Origin: Octopus sinensis
Lineage: Eukaryota
DNA length: 64,000 bases
Reading direction: 5' to 3'
NCBI RefSeq assembly: GCF_006345805.1
Contig: NC_043006.1
Span: 3,410,001 to 3,474,000 of the forward strand
The translations under genes were made by a program, and so were the position numbers. Below the pieces are notes generated by a model that was not told where the DNA came from, did not search any database, and saw nothing but the letters and a program-made list of their open reading frames with translations. Positions 12,231-25,387 of this stretch are shown here, in pieces. Numbering within the stretch: position 1 is the stretch's first letter; each line of letters starts with the position of its first letter.

Positions 12231-14165
12231 AATCGTTTACAAAATCCTTTGTCGATGGCGGTTGTATTTACGTTTTGTATCTTGCATATGGTTTCCTTTT
12301 TGGCAGCTTCTGTTGTTATGTGGGGAGATTGTACCAAGTTGATTTCTAATACTTTTCTGATCCTTACTCTTCCAATGACTAAAATCTGGAAATTCCAGGA
12401 TTCTACCAAATGTGAGAAGCTTCTGCACCTCGAATTTAATCTCTGACAAGTTATACTATTACTATCACAAGTGACTGGCCAATTGTTGCAGTCGTTACGC
12501 TTCTCGCTGGGAAGGGGAAAAGGAGGAGAGACAGCGACTATTTTTGCTGATCGCATTGGTAATATTCCCGTCTTGGCAACCTCCGTCAAAATCGCTGGGG
12601 ACATTGCAAATGAACATGGTATAGAGTTTGGAAGAACTGCTGTTAGTAGTTGTAAATCTGTCAAGAACTCGTATAAGTAGGGCAAATTCAATGATTTTCT
12701 CCTTCTAAGTATTCACCGGTAGGGTGTTACTTAATTATCTCCTTTCTTCTTCTTCTTCTTCTTCTTCCGTAGCCGGCATTTCGACGCCGTGAAGCTCAAT
12801 TTAAAAAAGAAATTGAGGAAGGAGTTCAGGAAACAAGAACTACTTTCAGGTATCGATAAGAAGAAAGCGACCCTTCTTTGTTTATAGGCATTGTTGAACA
12901 AAATAACTAACGAAATTAAATGCACCAAAAGGAAGAGGAGGGGTGAGAACAATAACAACAAAGTCGTTGCAAAATGTTCAGTGTGAAGTAAAAATGATGA
13001 AGCTGAAAGAAAACTCCGATTGAGAGGAGTTTCTCTCCCCCAGTAACACTCTTTGTATCCAGTATGATATTGTTTTTGATATTTTATAGTATGTGTAATA
13101 TTTGTGCGCGTTAATCGACGCCACAACACAGAAGCCTAATTTCATTGTTTATGAAGAATGCTTTGTGTTATTATGTCTATTAAGAGCAAATAAATCTGAG
13201 TCAAAACATGCTGGAGTCGTCTCAGTTATCTTTATCCAATATCGAAAACAGACGTGATGTTGTTAGTATTGTGTGTTTCATAAAAGTCGGGAGGAGCAAC
13301 ACATTTTGAAGTTGAGTCGATAATATCGACCCCCTATTCATTATTTTATTGATTGATACTTCTTCTATCGATGTCTAAAAGATAAAAGAGAATTAAAACC
13401 TATATTTAGATATAATCCATTGTGTTAGAGCATCAGAAGGCAAAACATCATATGGTATTCATTGATTAAAGGTCTGCTTTGCCGAAGTGTTTAAAACAAA
13501 GTTGTATATATTTATATTTCACATATTCATGTACATTCAGATGAAGAGAAATAACTTTCACTGCAGCAACTGTCCCAGAAGGGTAAATACTCCTGATAAC
13601 CTATATATGCAAAAAGACATCGAGCTACCTAAAATCATTGTATGCCTTTTGATTGGTTCTATATTTGTTCAAGGGACTGGTTACACAATTGATAATGTTG
13701 TCGATGACATCTGTTCCTTTTCTCAGGGGAGTGTCATGGGATTAAAGGTGTTGGCTCGTTTGACTCAAGGGTGAAAGTAAAGGTGGTGTGTACTAGGGCG
13801 GAGTTTTTATGTCAATTAACTAAAGAGACAAAACAAGAGCTGAAATTAGGTCTCGAATTTGTTACGGTTGAAGCGCCGGTTGAGACGATGTAGTTGAAAG
13901 AAAGTTTAACTCGTTTTCATTCCCCGCTAGTTAATCAGATCGTTGATTTAGACGTATCTTTGTCTTTCCTAGCGTCTGTCTTCTTCACGACAGGACCCGT
14001 TTGATACATTCGTTGATATGATAGGAATGTAACTCAGTTGTTGTGTCAACTTATTCAACCTGTCGTTGAAACTAAACTGTTGAGGGGAGATTTCCCTGGC
14101 AATAAAGTCGATTCGAGATGAAAAGAACCGTACACCTTTAACTGATAATATATTTATCGATCGCA

Positions 14166-14979
14166 AGGCGGCTAGATGGCAGATATGTTAGCCCGCTGAG
14201 CGAAATGTTGTGCGGTATTTTGTCTGCCGTTACGTTCTGAGTTCAAATTCCGCCGAGGTCGACTTTGCCTTTCATCCTTTCGGGGTCGACTAAATAAGTA
14301 CCAGTTACGCACTGTGGTCGATATAATCGACTGAATCCGTCGTTTGTTTGTCCTTGTTCGTCCCCTCTGTGTTTAGCCCCTTGTGGGTACTAAAGAAATA
14401 GGTATTTCGTCTGCCGTTACGTTCTGAGTTCAAATTCCGCCGGGGTTGACTTTGCCTTTCATCCTTTCGGGGTCGACTAAATAAGTACCAGTTACGCACT
14501 GGAGTCGATGTAATCGACTGGACCCCTCCCCCGAAATTTCGGGCCTTGTGCCTAGAGTAGAAAAGAATATATTTATCGATTGCAAGGCGGCGAGCTGGCA
14601 GAATCGTTAGCACGCTGGACGAAATGCTTAGCTGTATTTCGTCTGCCGCTACGTTCAAATTCCGCCGAGGTCGACTTTGCCTTTCATCCTTTCGGGGTCG
14701 ATGAAATAAGTACCAGTTACGCATTGGGGTCGATATAATCGACTGAATCCGTTCGTCTGTCCATGTTTGTCCTCTCTGTGTTTAGCCCCTTGCGGGTAGT
14801 AAAGAAATAGGTATTTCGTCTGCCGTTACGTTCTGAGTTCAAATTCCGCCGAGTCGACTTTGCCTTTCATCTTTTCGGAGTCGATAAATTAAGTATCAGT
14901 TTTATACTTGGGGCTAATCTAATCGACTGCCCCCCTGTCCCCCAAAAGTTTGGGCTTTGTGCCTAGAGTAGAAAAGAAT
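14166..14979 (+). mobile_element. Two tandem dimeric SINE-A units (four cores)
   Basis: Units ~14147-14565 and ~14566-14980, each ending CCTAGAGTAGAAAAGAATA. Confidence 0.88.
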
Positions 14980-14985
14980 ATAATT

Positions 14986-15214
14986 GGGATCTTTATCTTT
15001 TGACCTACAAATTAAAAAAATATTTTGTAACCAAACACTTTCAAACTTCGGACACTGGTAGAATGTGTCATATAAAACATCTTTTACTCTTAGCACTTTT
15101 GAGAAAAAACTTATATTTACGAAGTAATTTCACCCCTACCAGTGTCCGAAGTTTGAAAGCGTTTAGTTACAAAAGATTATTTTTTAAATCTGTAGGTCAA
15201 AAGGTAAAGATCCT
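14986..15214. mobile_element. MITE / fold-back element with ~77-bp inverted arms
   Basis: GGATCTTTATCTTTTGACCTACA..CTTCGGACACTGGTAG (14986-15062) mirrored at 15136-15213; no clear TSD. Confidence 0.65.
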
Positions 15215-15800
15215 ATACTTATCCATCGCTATTCCACCCTACATAAAAACAAAAATAATAATTTATGAAATGCAAAATTTTCTCCCGTTGGAGTTTGAAC
15301 CCAGATGATACTGACTTGGAAAAATACTGCAACATATTCTATGCGACGCAGTCATTTTGTTGGCATTCATAACAATTACGCTTAATATTTCAAACTGAAG
15401 CAACAGCAGGCCAATACAGATCACATAAATACTGTAATTCTATTCATAAGTTTCTATTACACAGCGGTAAGCGGGATCTATGAGCAGTGTCAGGGAGTTA
15501 AATTTGAATAAAGGGCATATATAACATAGCGGTCAGTTGGTTCTTATCATTAAATGTCAAACAAGCGGGCGGGGAGGGAAACAGGTTCACTGACTCATCT
15601 GGCAAGATTTCTAATACCACGGGAATTGATTTGGTTTCGTATCTCTACGACGGTGTGCGAAGTGTGTCAGTAGGGGATGGCTGGTTGGTACAATCGTTGG
15701 AGCAACGGACTAAATACCTTGTGCTCTTTAGTTCTGATCATTTACTATGTTGAACAGATCTACGAACAAAAGCCATTCCACTCGTGATCTGAGTTTTTTA

Positions 15801-16960
15801 CGAGGGTAAGTCAAAAATTATACTCACCCTTGTTTTTTCAATGTATCTACACAAAAGCAAGGGATAAATAAGTACGCCATTTTCTATATAGACTCCTTCA
15901 TTTCTGATGCTCTTGGTCCAGTGGTCGACGAACTTGTGTATTCCCTCCAAGAAGAAGGTTTTCGGTTGGTCGTGCAACCATTTACGCACCGCCTTCCTAC
16001 ACATCTTCATCTGTAGGAAATCGACGACCTCGTAAGCTATCTCTGAGCGGTCCAAAGATATGATAGGCGGAAGGGGCGACATCTGGGTTACAGACAGAGT
16101 ATACCAGCACCTCAAAACTCAATTGATTAATGGTTTTATCGGTCTGGTCGGCCGTGTGTGGGTGTATATTGTCATGCAGCAGCAAAACTTACTTCAAAAA
16201 TAGGCTTCGGCGTTTGGTGCGAATTGCAGGCTTCAGTTTGTTAGCCAACAAAGCACTGTATCGTGCACTGTTGATCGAACACCCCTTTTCCAGGTAGTCT
16301 TCCAGTACAGGCCATTCTGAATCCCAAGAAAGGGTTAGCATCACCTTCCCTGCGTTAGACTGAGTCTTGAATTCCTTCGACGCTGGCAAGCCAGTATACT
16401 CTGTCTCTTGGAATCTGCCTCATAATGATGGACACACGTTTCATCTACTGTGACTATTCTGCTCAAATATTCACTCGTCCTTATTGTTGTAGCGATCGAA
16501 TAAACGTTGGCAGACCTCAAGACGTTTGCACTTGTGCTCTGCAGTAAGCTTGCTTGGCACACATCTTGCACAGACCTTATGGAAGCCGATCTCATCGTAG
16601 AACCATGATTAATCTGCAGATAACGAGTTACTTCATCGATGATAACTCACCGAGCTTGCCGAATCTTCTCGTCAGCGGTAGAAGCTGACTGGCGTCTTAC
16701 ACTCTGTCCGTGCGTCACGCTTGTCCGGCCACTTTCAAACTTCTCGTCTACTCATACACACCTCTACGCGGAAATGCAATGTCTCCGCATTGTGCTAAAA
16801 GCCTCCGAAGAATTTCAGCACCAGAGAAATCGGATCACTGCTCTTTGTTCATCTTTGGTGCACATTGCTAGTGGAACGGCCGTAGTACCTACACTGTAAA
16901 GCCAGAAGAAATGGCGCTATCAGGTTCAAACTTCGATCACGTGACCACAATAGAACCAAC
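15801..16960 (-). mobile_element. Mariner (DD34D-type) transposon remnant, 5' TIR missing
   Basis: TA + CGAGGGTAAGTCAAAAATTATAC end at 15799; minus motifs CTKDEQRAVIRFLW, IVTVDETCVHHY, AGKVMLTLSWD, HDNIHPH, NPDVAPSAYHIFGPL; many frameshifts. Confidence 0.85.
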
Positions 16961-16994
16961 TATAAGCATGCATGTGTGTGTGTGTGTGTGCGTG

Positions 16995-17222
16995 TGTGTG
17001 TGTGTGTGCATGAGATTGTGTCTGTGTTTGTCCCCCACCACCGCTCGACAACTGGTGTTGGTGTGTTTACGTCCCCGTAACTTAGTACAGCAAAGGCATC
17101 AGAGAGAATAAGTACTAGGTTTAAAAAAATAAGTCCTCGGATCCATTTGCTTCACTGAAAATCCTTCAAGACCGTGCTCCAGCATGGCTGCAGTCAAATC
17201 ACTGAGAGAATAAAAGAATAAA
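16995..17222 (+). mobile_element. SINE-B 3' half
   Basis: GTTTGTCCCCC..GTGTTTACGTCCCCGTAACTTAG..CCAGCATGGCTGCAGTC. Confidence 0.75.
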
Positions 17223-17481
17223 ACAATATCTATAAAGAAAGTCCACGTTTATGAGATGAATATATCTAGTTCACCATTTGATATCCATAAGATTCGCAGC
17301 CAGCATAACGGGAGAATAATTCATGCTAGTGCTTAATAAATCATGTCACATGTCTGCATATGACTACACATTATACCTCTACGTATTGGTTTACAGTGTG
17401 GCATGTAGCCTGGTCCAGTAAAGGAGGTTTCTCTTGAGTACCAACGGATTAGATAAATCCATATACTGTGCATTATATATA

Positions 17482-17712
17482 TATTTCTTTACTACCCACA
17501 AGGGGCTAAACACAGAGGAGACAAACAAGGACAGACAAATGGATTAAGTCGATTACATCGACCCCAGTGCGTAACTGGTACTTAATTTATCAACCCCGGA
17601 AGGATGAGAGGCAAAGTCGACCTCGGCGGAATTTGAACTCGGAACGTAACGGCAGACGAAATACGGCAACGCATTTCGCCCGGCGTGCTAACGTTTCTGC
17701 CAGCTCGCCGCC
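17482..17712 (-). mobile_element. Full-length SINE-A
   Basis: Complete head/core/tail between TA-rich flanks. Confidence 0.9.
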
Positions 17713-17847
<135 letters not shown>

Positions 17848-18070
17848 CGTATGCGAGGCTGTGTGATAAGAATCTTGCTTCCCAGTCACATGGCTACGGG
17901 TTCAGTTACTGCATAGCTCCTTGGGCAAGTGTCTTCAACTATAGCCTCAACCGATGCTGGTATATTTATGTCTCCGTAACTTAGAGGTTCGGTAAAAGAG
18001 AGCTTTAGAAAAATTACTAGGCTTACAAAGGCTGTGCTGCAGTAAAATGACTGAAACAAGTAAAAGAATA
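17848..18070 (+). mobile_element. Internally deleted SINE-B
   Basis: Head, GGGCAAGTGTCTT core and AATGACTGAAACAAGTAAAAG tail with the middle missing. Confidence 0.7.
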
Positions 18071-19079
18071 AATTTATATATCTATATATATAAAGACGGT
18101 TTTCTTCACAGTTTATATGTCTGTGTTTACCAAATTCCACCATTCATTAATACATTGGTCGTCTTGATGCGTTAACAGATGAGATTTGCGAGAAATACCT
18201 CAGTGGAATCGAACCCACAACTGCGTGATTGCGAAACAAGCTTAACCTACCCAACAGTACGTTCAATTAAGATCGATCATGGTATCAATTATGATATCAA
18301 GACAATCTGACCATGAGCTGCTGTTTGCTTTTTTTCGTTGTTGTTTTTTACAAACAAAGATCTTTACTTTGAGCGTCGTCAGTTCGCCAAGCATTTGCCA
18401 GCAAAATGCATCAAATGCATCTAGTTTAGTTTCACACCAAATTGCACCGAGCTGCCGTACTATTATGCTTGCACTCTGCTTCTAATTATAGCCTGCTGAT
18501 ACCACAGTTGCCGATACGTCATCGTTCTCGTCCTACTTGTTTGTTTCGTTCATCTTCAGAACACTCCTAACTTAGCAGCCGTTGGGTCAATGACATTTTA
18601 ACCATGACCCTCATATTCTGTTTCCCTTCAAGTATAGTATAACAAGGACTATATTATTCAATGTGCCTGTCTCTTTTTAAAACTGTGGAGTGGGATTTGA
18701 ATGAGAAGTAACTGCTATTTCTACATTACTGTCGATTGCGAGGATGCTCATTCACTGGAACAGTTATAGTCTGTGTGTGTAATTACCGGTGATTGTCAGT
18801 TTAATGTCATTAGGTACGCATGTTACTCTTCCGAGGGACTGCTCCCATTACGTAATTTTTATTAAATTAATTTTATACATTATGATATTATATTATATCA
18901 TATTATTTTATTTTATTTTTTATTATTGACCCTTATGAAGATTTATAAAGGCATGTTTGGATAACGAGAATAGGTCTCAATGTAATAATAGTTATTTTAT
19001 TATCATTTTTTTTTTTCACGATTTTATCCCAAACAAGACTTGAAGCTACTGGAGTGTAAGTGTGTGAGGAGATACAAAG

Positions 19080-19400
19080 GAGAAGAAAAGGGAGCCCAAA
19101 ATTCAAACAATATCGATTGATAAAAAGCTTGAAGAATTTAACGTCATAGACCAGAGGGGAAACAAAGCGATGGTGATGGCAGTGAGTTCCAGAGAGCAGC
19201 AGTTCAAGGAAAGAAGTCATTAGAATAAAAGGATTTTGATTTAGAGGAAGCACAACAGAGAGATGACGCGTCTGGAAGAGATGCGACTGACATGTTTAAA
19301 TGTCTTGACGGAGAGTGTTAGAGAAGAAAGTTCATCAGAGAAATGACTATGATTATTCATAGAAATGACACAACGAAGATACGTTTTGACAATGAGTCAA
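19080..19400 (-). mobile_element. LINE ORF2 3' remnant
   Basis: Minus ..RTAALWNSLPSP / YDVKFFKLFINRY, a typical WNSLP..YDLNxFK end. Confidence 0.55.
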
Positions 19401-19639
19401 TTTGTGTCTCCCTAAAGCACAAAGCCAGTAGCTTCAGGGCACGGTGTTAGTCGATTACATTGACCCCCACTATTTAATTAGTCCCTTAATGTTTTGTTCT
19501 GAAAGAATGAAAAGTAAAGTTGACATCGGTAAAGTTGGAAATGAGAATGTAAAGAGCAGGAACAATTGGTGCACATCATTTTCCCCCGACTTCCTTACCA
19601 TTCTGCCATGCCAAAGCCTACAGCTCTCGCTGTAATAAT

Positions 19640-19848
19640 GGTTCCAAATTTTGCCACACTGGCAGTAATTTTTTGGGGAAGACATGAGTCGATTACATTG
19701 ACCTCAGTGTTCAACTGGTACTTATTTTATCGACTCCCGAAGGATGAAAGGTAATGTCGACCTTGGTGGAATTTGAAATCAGTGACGGGTGAAATACTAC
19801 AAAGCATTTCGTCAAGTGCGCTAACGATTCTGCCAGCTTGCCGCCTTG
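19640..19848 (-). mobile_element. Degenerate SINE-A
   Basis: ACTGGTACTTATTTTATCGACTCCCGAAGGATGAAAGG core and head at 19800-19848. Confidence 0.75.
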
Positions 19849-20513
19849 CTCTCACTATAATAATAATTATTAACGGCAACACAAGATTGTATATCTGTAG
19901 TCTGCGATAAAGTAGATTAAATCTACAAAACTGAGTCCTGTTTGTTCCAGTAAACCCTTCAAGGCGGTACCTCGGAATGAATCCAATCAAATGACTGAAA
20001 CAAGTAAAAAAAGGAAAGGTTGAGTGAATTTAATTAACTTTACAAGAAAAGTAGTTACAGACGATGCGTCATTTGTGATAGTTTTAAAAGGATTTTTGTT
20101 TCTTAATCAGGAAAGAATCGGCGGACCGTGAACTGGTTTTTATTAACTAAAGTGTGTATGATTGTGAAATTCACCGATAAAACTTATGTACCCATTCTTT
20201 AACAATGAACCACGTGATGAAAATGGTGAAATATGAGAAGTTAAAATAACAGAGAATTTTGAAATAAAGAGTTCAGCGATTTAACCATTTCTGGGATGCG
20301 CTAATTAAAAGAAACATCTTCAAGCACTTCTAACTCATGGATTTTAAAGGCATTCTTATTATAAGAATATATAATGTGGTTATGGGATTTCACATTTTTC
20401 ATTGCTAAATCTAATAACATGAATCATCTAGGATTGAAATGCTAATAACAAGGTCGTTGGTTCAGCGTTGCTTGCAACTGAATTGTAAAAACAGATTGTG
20501 GTACATTTTTCAG

Positions 20514-20627
20514 CACTGAAAGACCTGAAAACCGAATTGATGTTACGGGTTCAAAATAGGTTTCCGGGTTTATACAATTATGAGATCAGATTTCAAATAT
20601 GCAGAACTTCTTGTGATAGGACACTAG
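20514..20627 (+). CDS. Candidate coding exon, unidentified protein
   Basis: ttttcag acceptor; open frame ALKDLKTELMLRVQNRFPGLYNYEIRFQICRTSCDRTL; weak AG|GTGGAG donor; 114 nt, phase 1-1; not recognised. Confidence 0.2.
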
Positions 20628-21324
20628 GTGGAGCACTTGATGATATTTTACTCAACTGAATGCCTTTACAATCGGATAATACTTTCAAATCTAAATATTG
20701 AAGTTTATCTATTTTGGTGGAGTTTCCTTAAATTTTCAATAAATGTGAGGGCGCTTTGGGCCAATCAAGTACAGAAAATTGCTCTATCACTTTCAGATGC
20801 GAAGTTTTTTCTTAATATTACATTTAAGTAAGAACTCCGAGTGTTGCTTAATATTTGTTCTGTACAATGTCTCTGAGTATTGTAAACCAATGCAAAAACA
20901 ACCACCGTATAAGTTACATTAAATTTAAAACGTTCTACTCTGTTGATTCTTCGGTGTCTCTGCTTTAGAAGCATTATAATTATCGCATTAATTAAGGCGT
21001 TATAACAGTTTAATTAATGTTGCTAAGTGTGTTCATGCATGATATTGTAAAATTAATGATTCATTATTTTTCCTAACATAGGAGCGCCTCAACATGCTGT
21101 TATGCATTCATATTTCGTTCACAATACTAAAAAGGTTCCCCAGAACTGCTCTACACTGTCAACCAATCTATAGAAATAACAGCCATACATCCTAAAATCT
21201 TCAGATATAAGGTTAAATAGATAAATATAATTCAAGAAATCCAACATCATTTTTAAATATGACGAGATAGTCACGACTGAGACGCTGCTGACTGTAAATA
21301 TTTTTGAATAAGGTTGATCAAGGC

Positions 21325-21819
21325 CAGGGATCATCAAACTTTTTTCACAGCGGGCCAGATAACAGAGAGAATGATGAGTGCGGGCCTCATAACTGTTTAG
21401 TTCAATACAATACACTGAATACACAAAAAATAGAGAACCAACATATTTATATTACGAAAAAGTTATCGAAGAAAGCGACGTTAGCAGTAATATAGTTATA
21501 ATCACAGCCAGGGGGCAGATATCCGAATCTCACAAACTAAGTAGCAAAAGGGTTAATGAGATTTGTGAAGCTGATGGTTAGCTTTTAAGAGATCATCTTA
21601 AAGAGAATTGCTTTCAAATGTTCATCAGTCAACCTCGTTCGATGTGCTGACTTTACATTCTTCATTTTTGAAACTGTTTGGTCAGAGACATAAGTTGTTC
21701 CAAACACTGATGCCATACCAGAGGCAAATGAACTCTCATTACAGGTACTTACACAAAAGGCACAGTGTGGAAGTGGGCCGGGTGAACCCACGTCGCGGGC
21801 CGTAGTTTGGTGAACCCTG
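21325..21819 (-). mobile_element. hAT (Charlie/SPIN-like) internal-deletion derivative
   Basis: TIRs CAGGGATCATCAAACT / AGTTTGGTGAACCCTG; 8-bp TSD ATCAAGGC vs ATCTAGGA (6/8); C-terminal motif ASVFGTTYVSDQTVSKMKNVKSAHRTRLTDEHL. Confidence 0.82.
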
Positions 21820-22425
21820 ATCTAGGAAGACATCAGCAGTAACACCAGCTACTAATGCTGTCGGCATTGAATTGATGGTAAACGTAACCCATGCTAACAA
21901 CATATTTTACTAAGAAAGTTTTGGACATCACTAAACACCTGACTATTACCACCGATGCATAGAACCCAGAAGCCGTTTAACCGGTCGGTTTCTCATTTAG
22001 GTACGACCCTACATATTTGAGGGCAACCGGTGAAGTCAGTTAAATACATTCAGTACATGTCTAGAAGATATGTCATTGACCTTGAAATCAAAAGTAAAAC
22101 AACACCAAAACGAAAGTGTTAAAATATTTAATCTTCTACACTCGACAGCTTCTGGTATTTCGCTATCATCAAATCCATTATAATTAATAAGAACATTGTT
22201 ATTTCCTTTGCTTTTTTTGTCTTTCTCTCTCTAGAATTGTGTGATTAGTTTCTTTATTTTTCTAATTTATTTTTCTCATTTCATTTAACAGAAATAATTT
22301 TCAAGCTAAAGTTGTTTGTTTTCGTTTGTCTTTATGTTATTTAAGTTCAAGGAGTTAATGACTTTAACAGGAGCGTTCATTTAAAGACTGCCATCTTAAT
22401 TTACTTCTATTTCAAATTCTTTTAG

Positions 22426-22501
22426 CAGCTTTGTGCCAAGCAGAAGTCGACCGTATAGCAAAAGCAATTCAAAGAAGCAGAGGACTCTACAGATATCTAA
22501 A
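22426..22501 (+). CDS. Candidate coding exon, unidentified protein
   Basis: ttcttttag acceptor; ALCQAEVDRIAKAIQRSRGLYRYLK; AA|GTATTT donor; phase-compatible with 20514-20627; not recognised. Confidence 0.2.
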
Positions 22502-23011
22502 GTATTTTTATCATCTCATCAGATTTATTTTGCTGTATATAATCAACACAAGTACTCCAAGCTGCTCATATAAATTTGACAGTTTCAAACAACAATAGTA
22601 GTAATTAGTAGTAATTTTGTTTCTCACAGGGGATTGATTTGAACGTTTGCTGACGTGGATCATTAGGTGTATGGAAACGAATAGAATGTTTGCCTATTTG
22701 CTTACAGGCGGTGAAATAGCCGAGTCGAGAGAGAAGTCCGTCAACGTACTGTGTTCAAATTCTACCGAAATCAACTTTGCTTTTTATCTATTTAGGGTCG
22801 ATGAATTACCAGTAAAGGATGGTGAACGACGGGATTTCTTTGACTTAACAACAGGCAGCATGAGACGTGCGAGCATACTATCCATGGGCAACTGCTAGTT
22901 TTACATTACGCAGGGTTGTGCTTTGGAGAGGAACCTTTCAGGTGTAAATCTATGGTTTGGCAAGGCATAAGAAAGCTCCCGGAATAATTAGATTCTTACA
23001 GGAAAAAGGAA

Positions 23012-23211
23012 TACTCTTTACTCTTTTACTTGTTTCAGTCATTTGACTGTGGCCATGCTGGAGCACCGCCTTTAGTCGAGCAAATCGAGCCCAGAACTTA
23101 TTCTTTGTAAGCCTAGTACTTATTCTATCGGTCTCTTTGCCGAACCGCTAGGTTACGGGGACGTAAACACACACCAGCATCGGTTGTCAAGCGATGTTGG
23201 GGGGGACAAAC

Positions 23212-23256
<45 letters not shown>

Positions 23257-23428
23257 CATATATACAACGGGTTTCTTTCAGTTTCCGTCTACCAAATCCA
23301 CTCACAAGGCTTTGGTCGGCCCAAGGCTATAGTAGAAGACACTTGCCCAAGGTGCCATGCAGTGGGACTGACACCGGAACCATGTGGTTGGTAAGCAAGC
23401 TACTTACCACACAAACATTCCTACGCCC
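23012..23428 (-). mobile_element. Full-length SINE-B
   Basis: All SINE-B segments present; tail (AAAAGAGT)n. Confidence 0.9.
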
Positions 23429-23791
23429 ATAGTGAAAATAAATTAAATATATAATATAATAAAGGTAGAGTTGAGCCTGAAAAATCTCGCATGTCTAAAA
23501 TTCAAGCTGCAAGAATACAGTAAACGAACAGCTTTTACAACTTAACAGTTAAAAGAATTATTTTATGGCCAAAATCAGGCTTGTGAATACTTACAATGTA
23601 AAAAAAAAAACAAAGGCGATTCACAGGGCATTTTGATATTAAGGTAGAAATGAAAATGATAATATAACGCATCCAGGTACACATAGGAGTGGTCAAAGAA
23701 AAACAGAATGGTAGCAATAAATAAGGAAATATCAACAATCTTTGTCTGCGGAGTCACAGTTTCAGAAATTCTCTGCATGTTTCTACAAGTA

Positions 23792-25070
23792 TTGAGTCAT
23801 CTCATAAATAATGTGGTGTTTTCAATTGCATTAACTAAAAATCGGAGGGGATCGGAATAAACTACCTACATGAACTTGCTATAAAAGCAGGTAGTAATTT
23901 TACCTTGTCCTTATTCTTAGTGCAAGAGTTCAGTTCGATTTTAACAGTTATTTTTTCAAAGCTATAATGGAAGTGACAAAGGAGCAAATTCAGCATATTT
24001 TGCTTCATGAGTTCAAGAAAGACAACAAAGAAACGGAAAGTTCAAGGAATATTAATGCAGTATATGGAGATCAGACAATATGCGTAAGTCAGTGCCAATG
24101 GTGGTTCCAGAAATTCCGAGCCGGAAACTATAGCCTAGAAGACGAGCCTCGTCCCGGAAGAGCTGCAGAGCTCTCGATGAGAACGTCCTGAAAACACTAC
24201 TGGAACAAAATCCCATCGTAACTGTTGAGGAACTAGCAGAGAAGCTTGGATTTGGTCATTCAACCATTCATCGACTCTTGCGTGCCATCGGAAGAGTCAG
24301 AAAACTGAATGAATGGGTCCCTCACATACATTCGGAGTCTAATCGCGCGCAGAGAGTGAACGTGTGCTCTTTTTTGCTGTCACGTCTCACGAATAAACCT
24401 TTTTTTGGACTGAATAGGAACTGGTGACAAGAAATGGGTTCTATATAGAAATGTCAAGTGCCGAAGACAGTGGGTAAGGAATGGAGAAACACCAGCACCC
24501 CAGGCTAAAGATGGTCTTAATCCACGTAAGGTGTTGTTATTCGTTTGGTAGGATATGAAAGGTTTAGTCCATTTTGAACTTTTAAATCCAAACCAAACGA
24601 TAACAAAGGAGATCTACTGCGAGCAGCTTGAGCGGCTTAAGTCAGCGCTAGAAGAAAAATGACCATCTTTGGTTTCAAGCTGAAAAGTGTTCTTCCGTCA
24701 GGATAATGCTCGGCCATATGCAACAAGGATTTCATTCCAAATGCTGGAGCTGTTTGAATGGGAAGCGGCGCCGCACCCAACATATTCGCCGGACAATGCT
24801 GTATCTGATTATTATTTGTTCCGCAGTCTTCAAAATCATTTGGACCGAAAAATATGAATTCTGTAGATGAGGTCAGAACAGTACTGGAAGAGTATTTTTT
24901 GTTACGGACAAATGTATTACGGAAAAGGGGCCTTGCAAGTCGACCAGATAGATGGAAGAGGATTGTACAAAATGGAGAGAATATTTTAGATTAAAAAAGA
25001 GCTTTGCTGATATTAATTTTGAAAAATAAAAGAAGTATAAAAACAACGCAATATTTATGGGATGACCCAA
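23792..25070 (+). mobile_element. Full-length mariner element, inactivated transposase
   Basis: TIRs TTGAGTCATCTCATAAATA / TATTTATGGGATGACCCAA with TA at both ends; ORF from 23967 MEVTKEQIQHILLHEFKK..; GDKKWVLY, QDNARPY and YSPDNAVSDY motifs with stops and frameshifts. Confidence 0.92.
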
Positions 25071-25387
25071 TATAATAACTTCTACGGATTCATTATAATT
25101 CATTATATCATATAATATCATTTTATTAAAATTTATTTCCCATGTTGTAATGTAAAATGTAACGTAACGTGGAATTAAAAATAGACCAAATAGCTCTTGT
25201 TTATATATATACATACTTTAATCTCATGGTGCTTTGTTTTACTAGATAGCAATACTCTTGTATTGCACTATTTAATGATTTGTTTTTTTAAAGCATTTTC
25301 ACTGTTCGCGATTCTGTTAACAGCTCAGGCGTTCAAGCAAGTATACTGGCAGCACTAATGTAGCAACATTCAGAGTTTTGTCTGGTG

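Noticed and set aside
12200-13129. ORFs of 163 aa and 132 aa (-) and overlapping + ORFs
   Set aside because: No recognisable domain or splice pattern; possibly decayed retroelement ORF1, but I cannot support that
21600-21640. Minus-strand CTGATGA..GAAAG
   Set aside because: No stem II; it is the LTDEHLK coding motif of the hAT remnant
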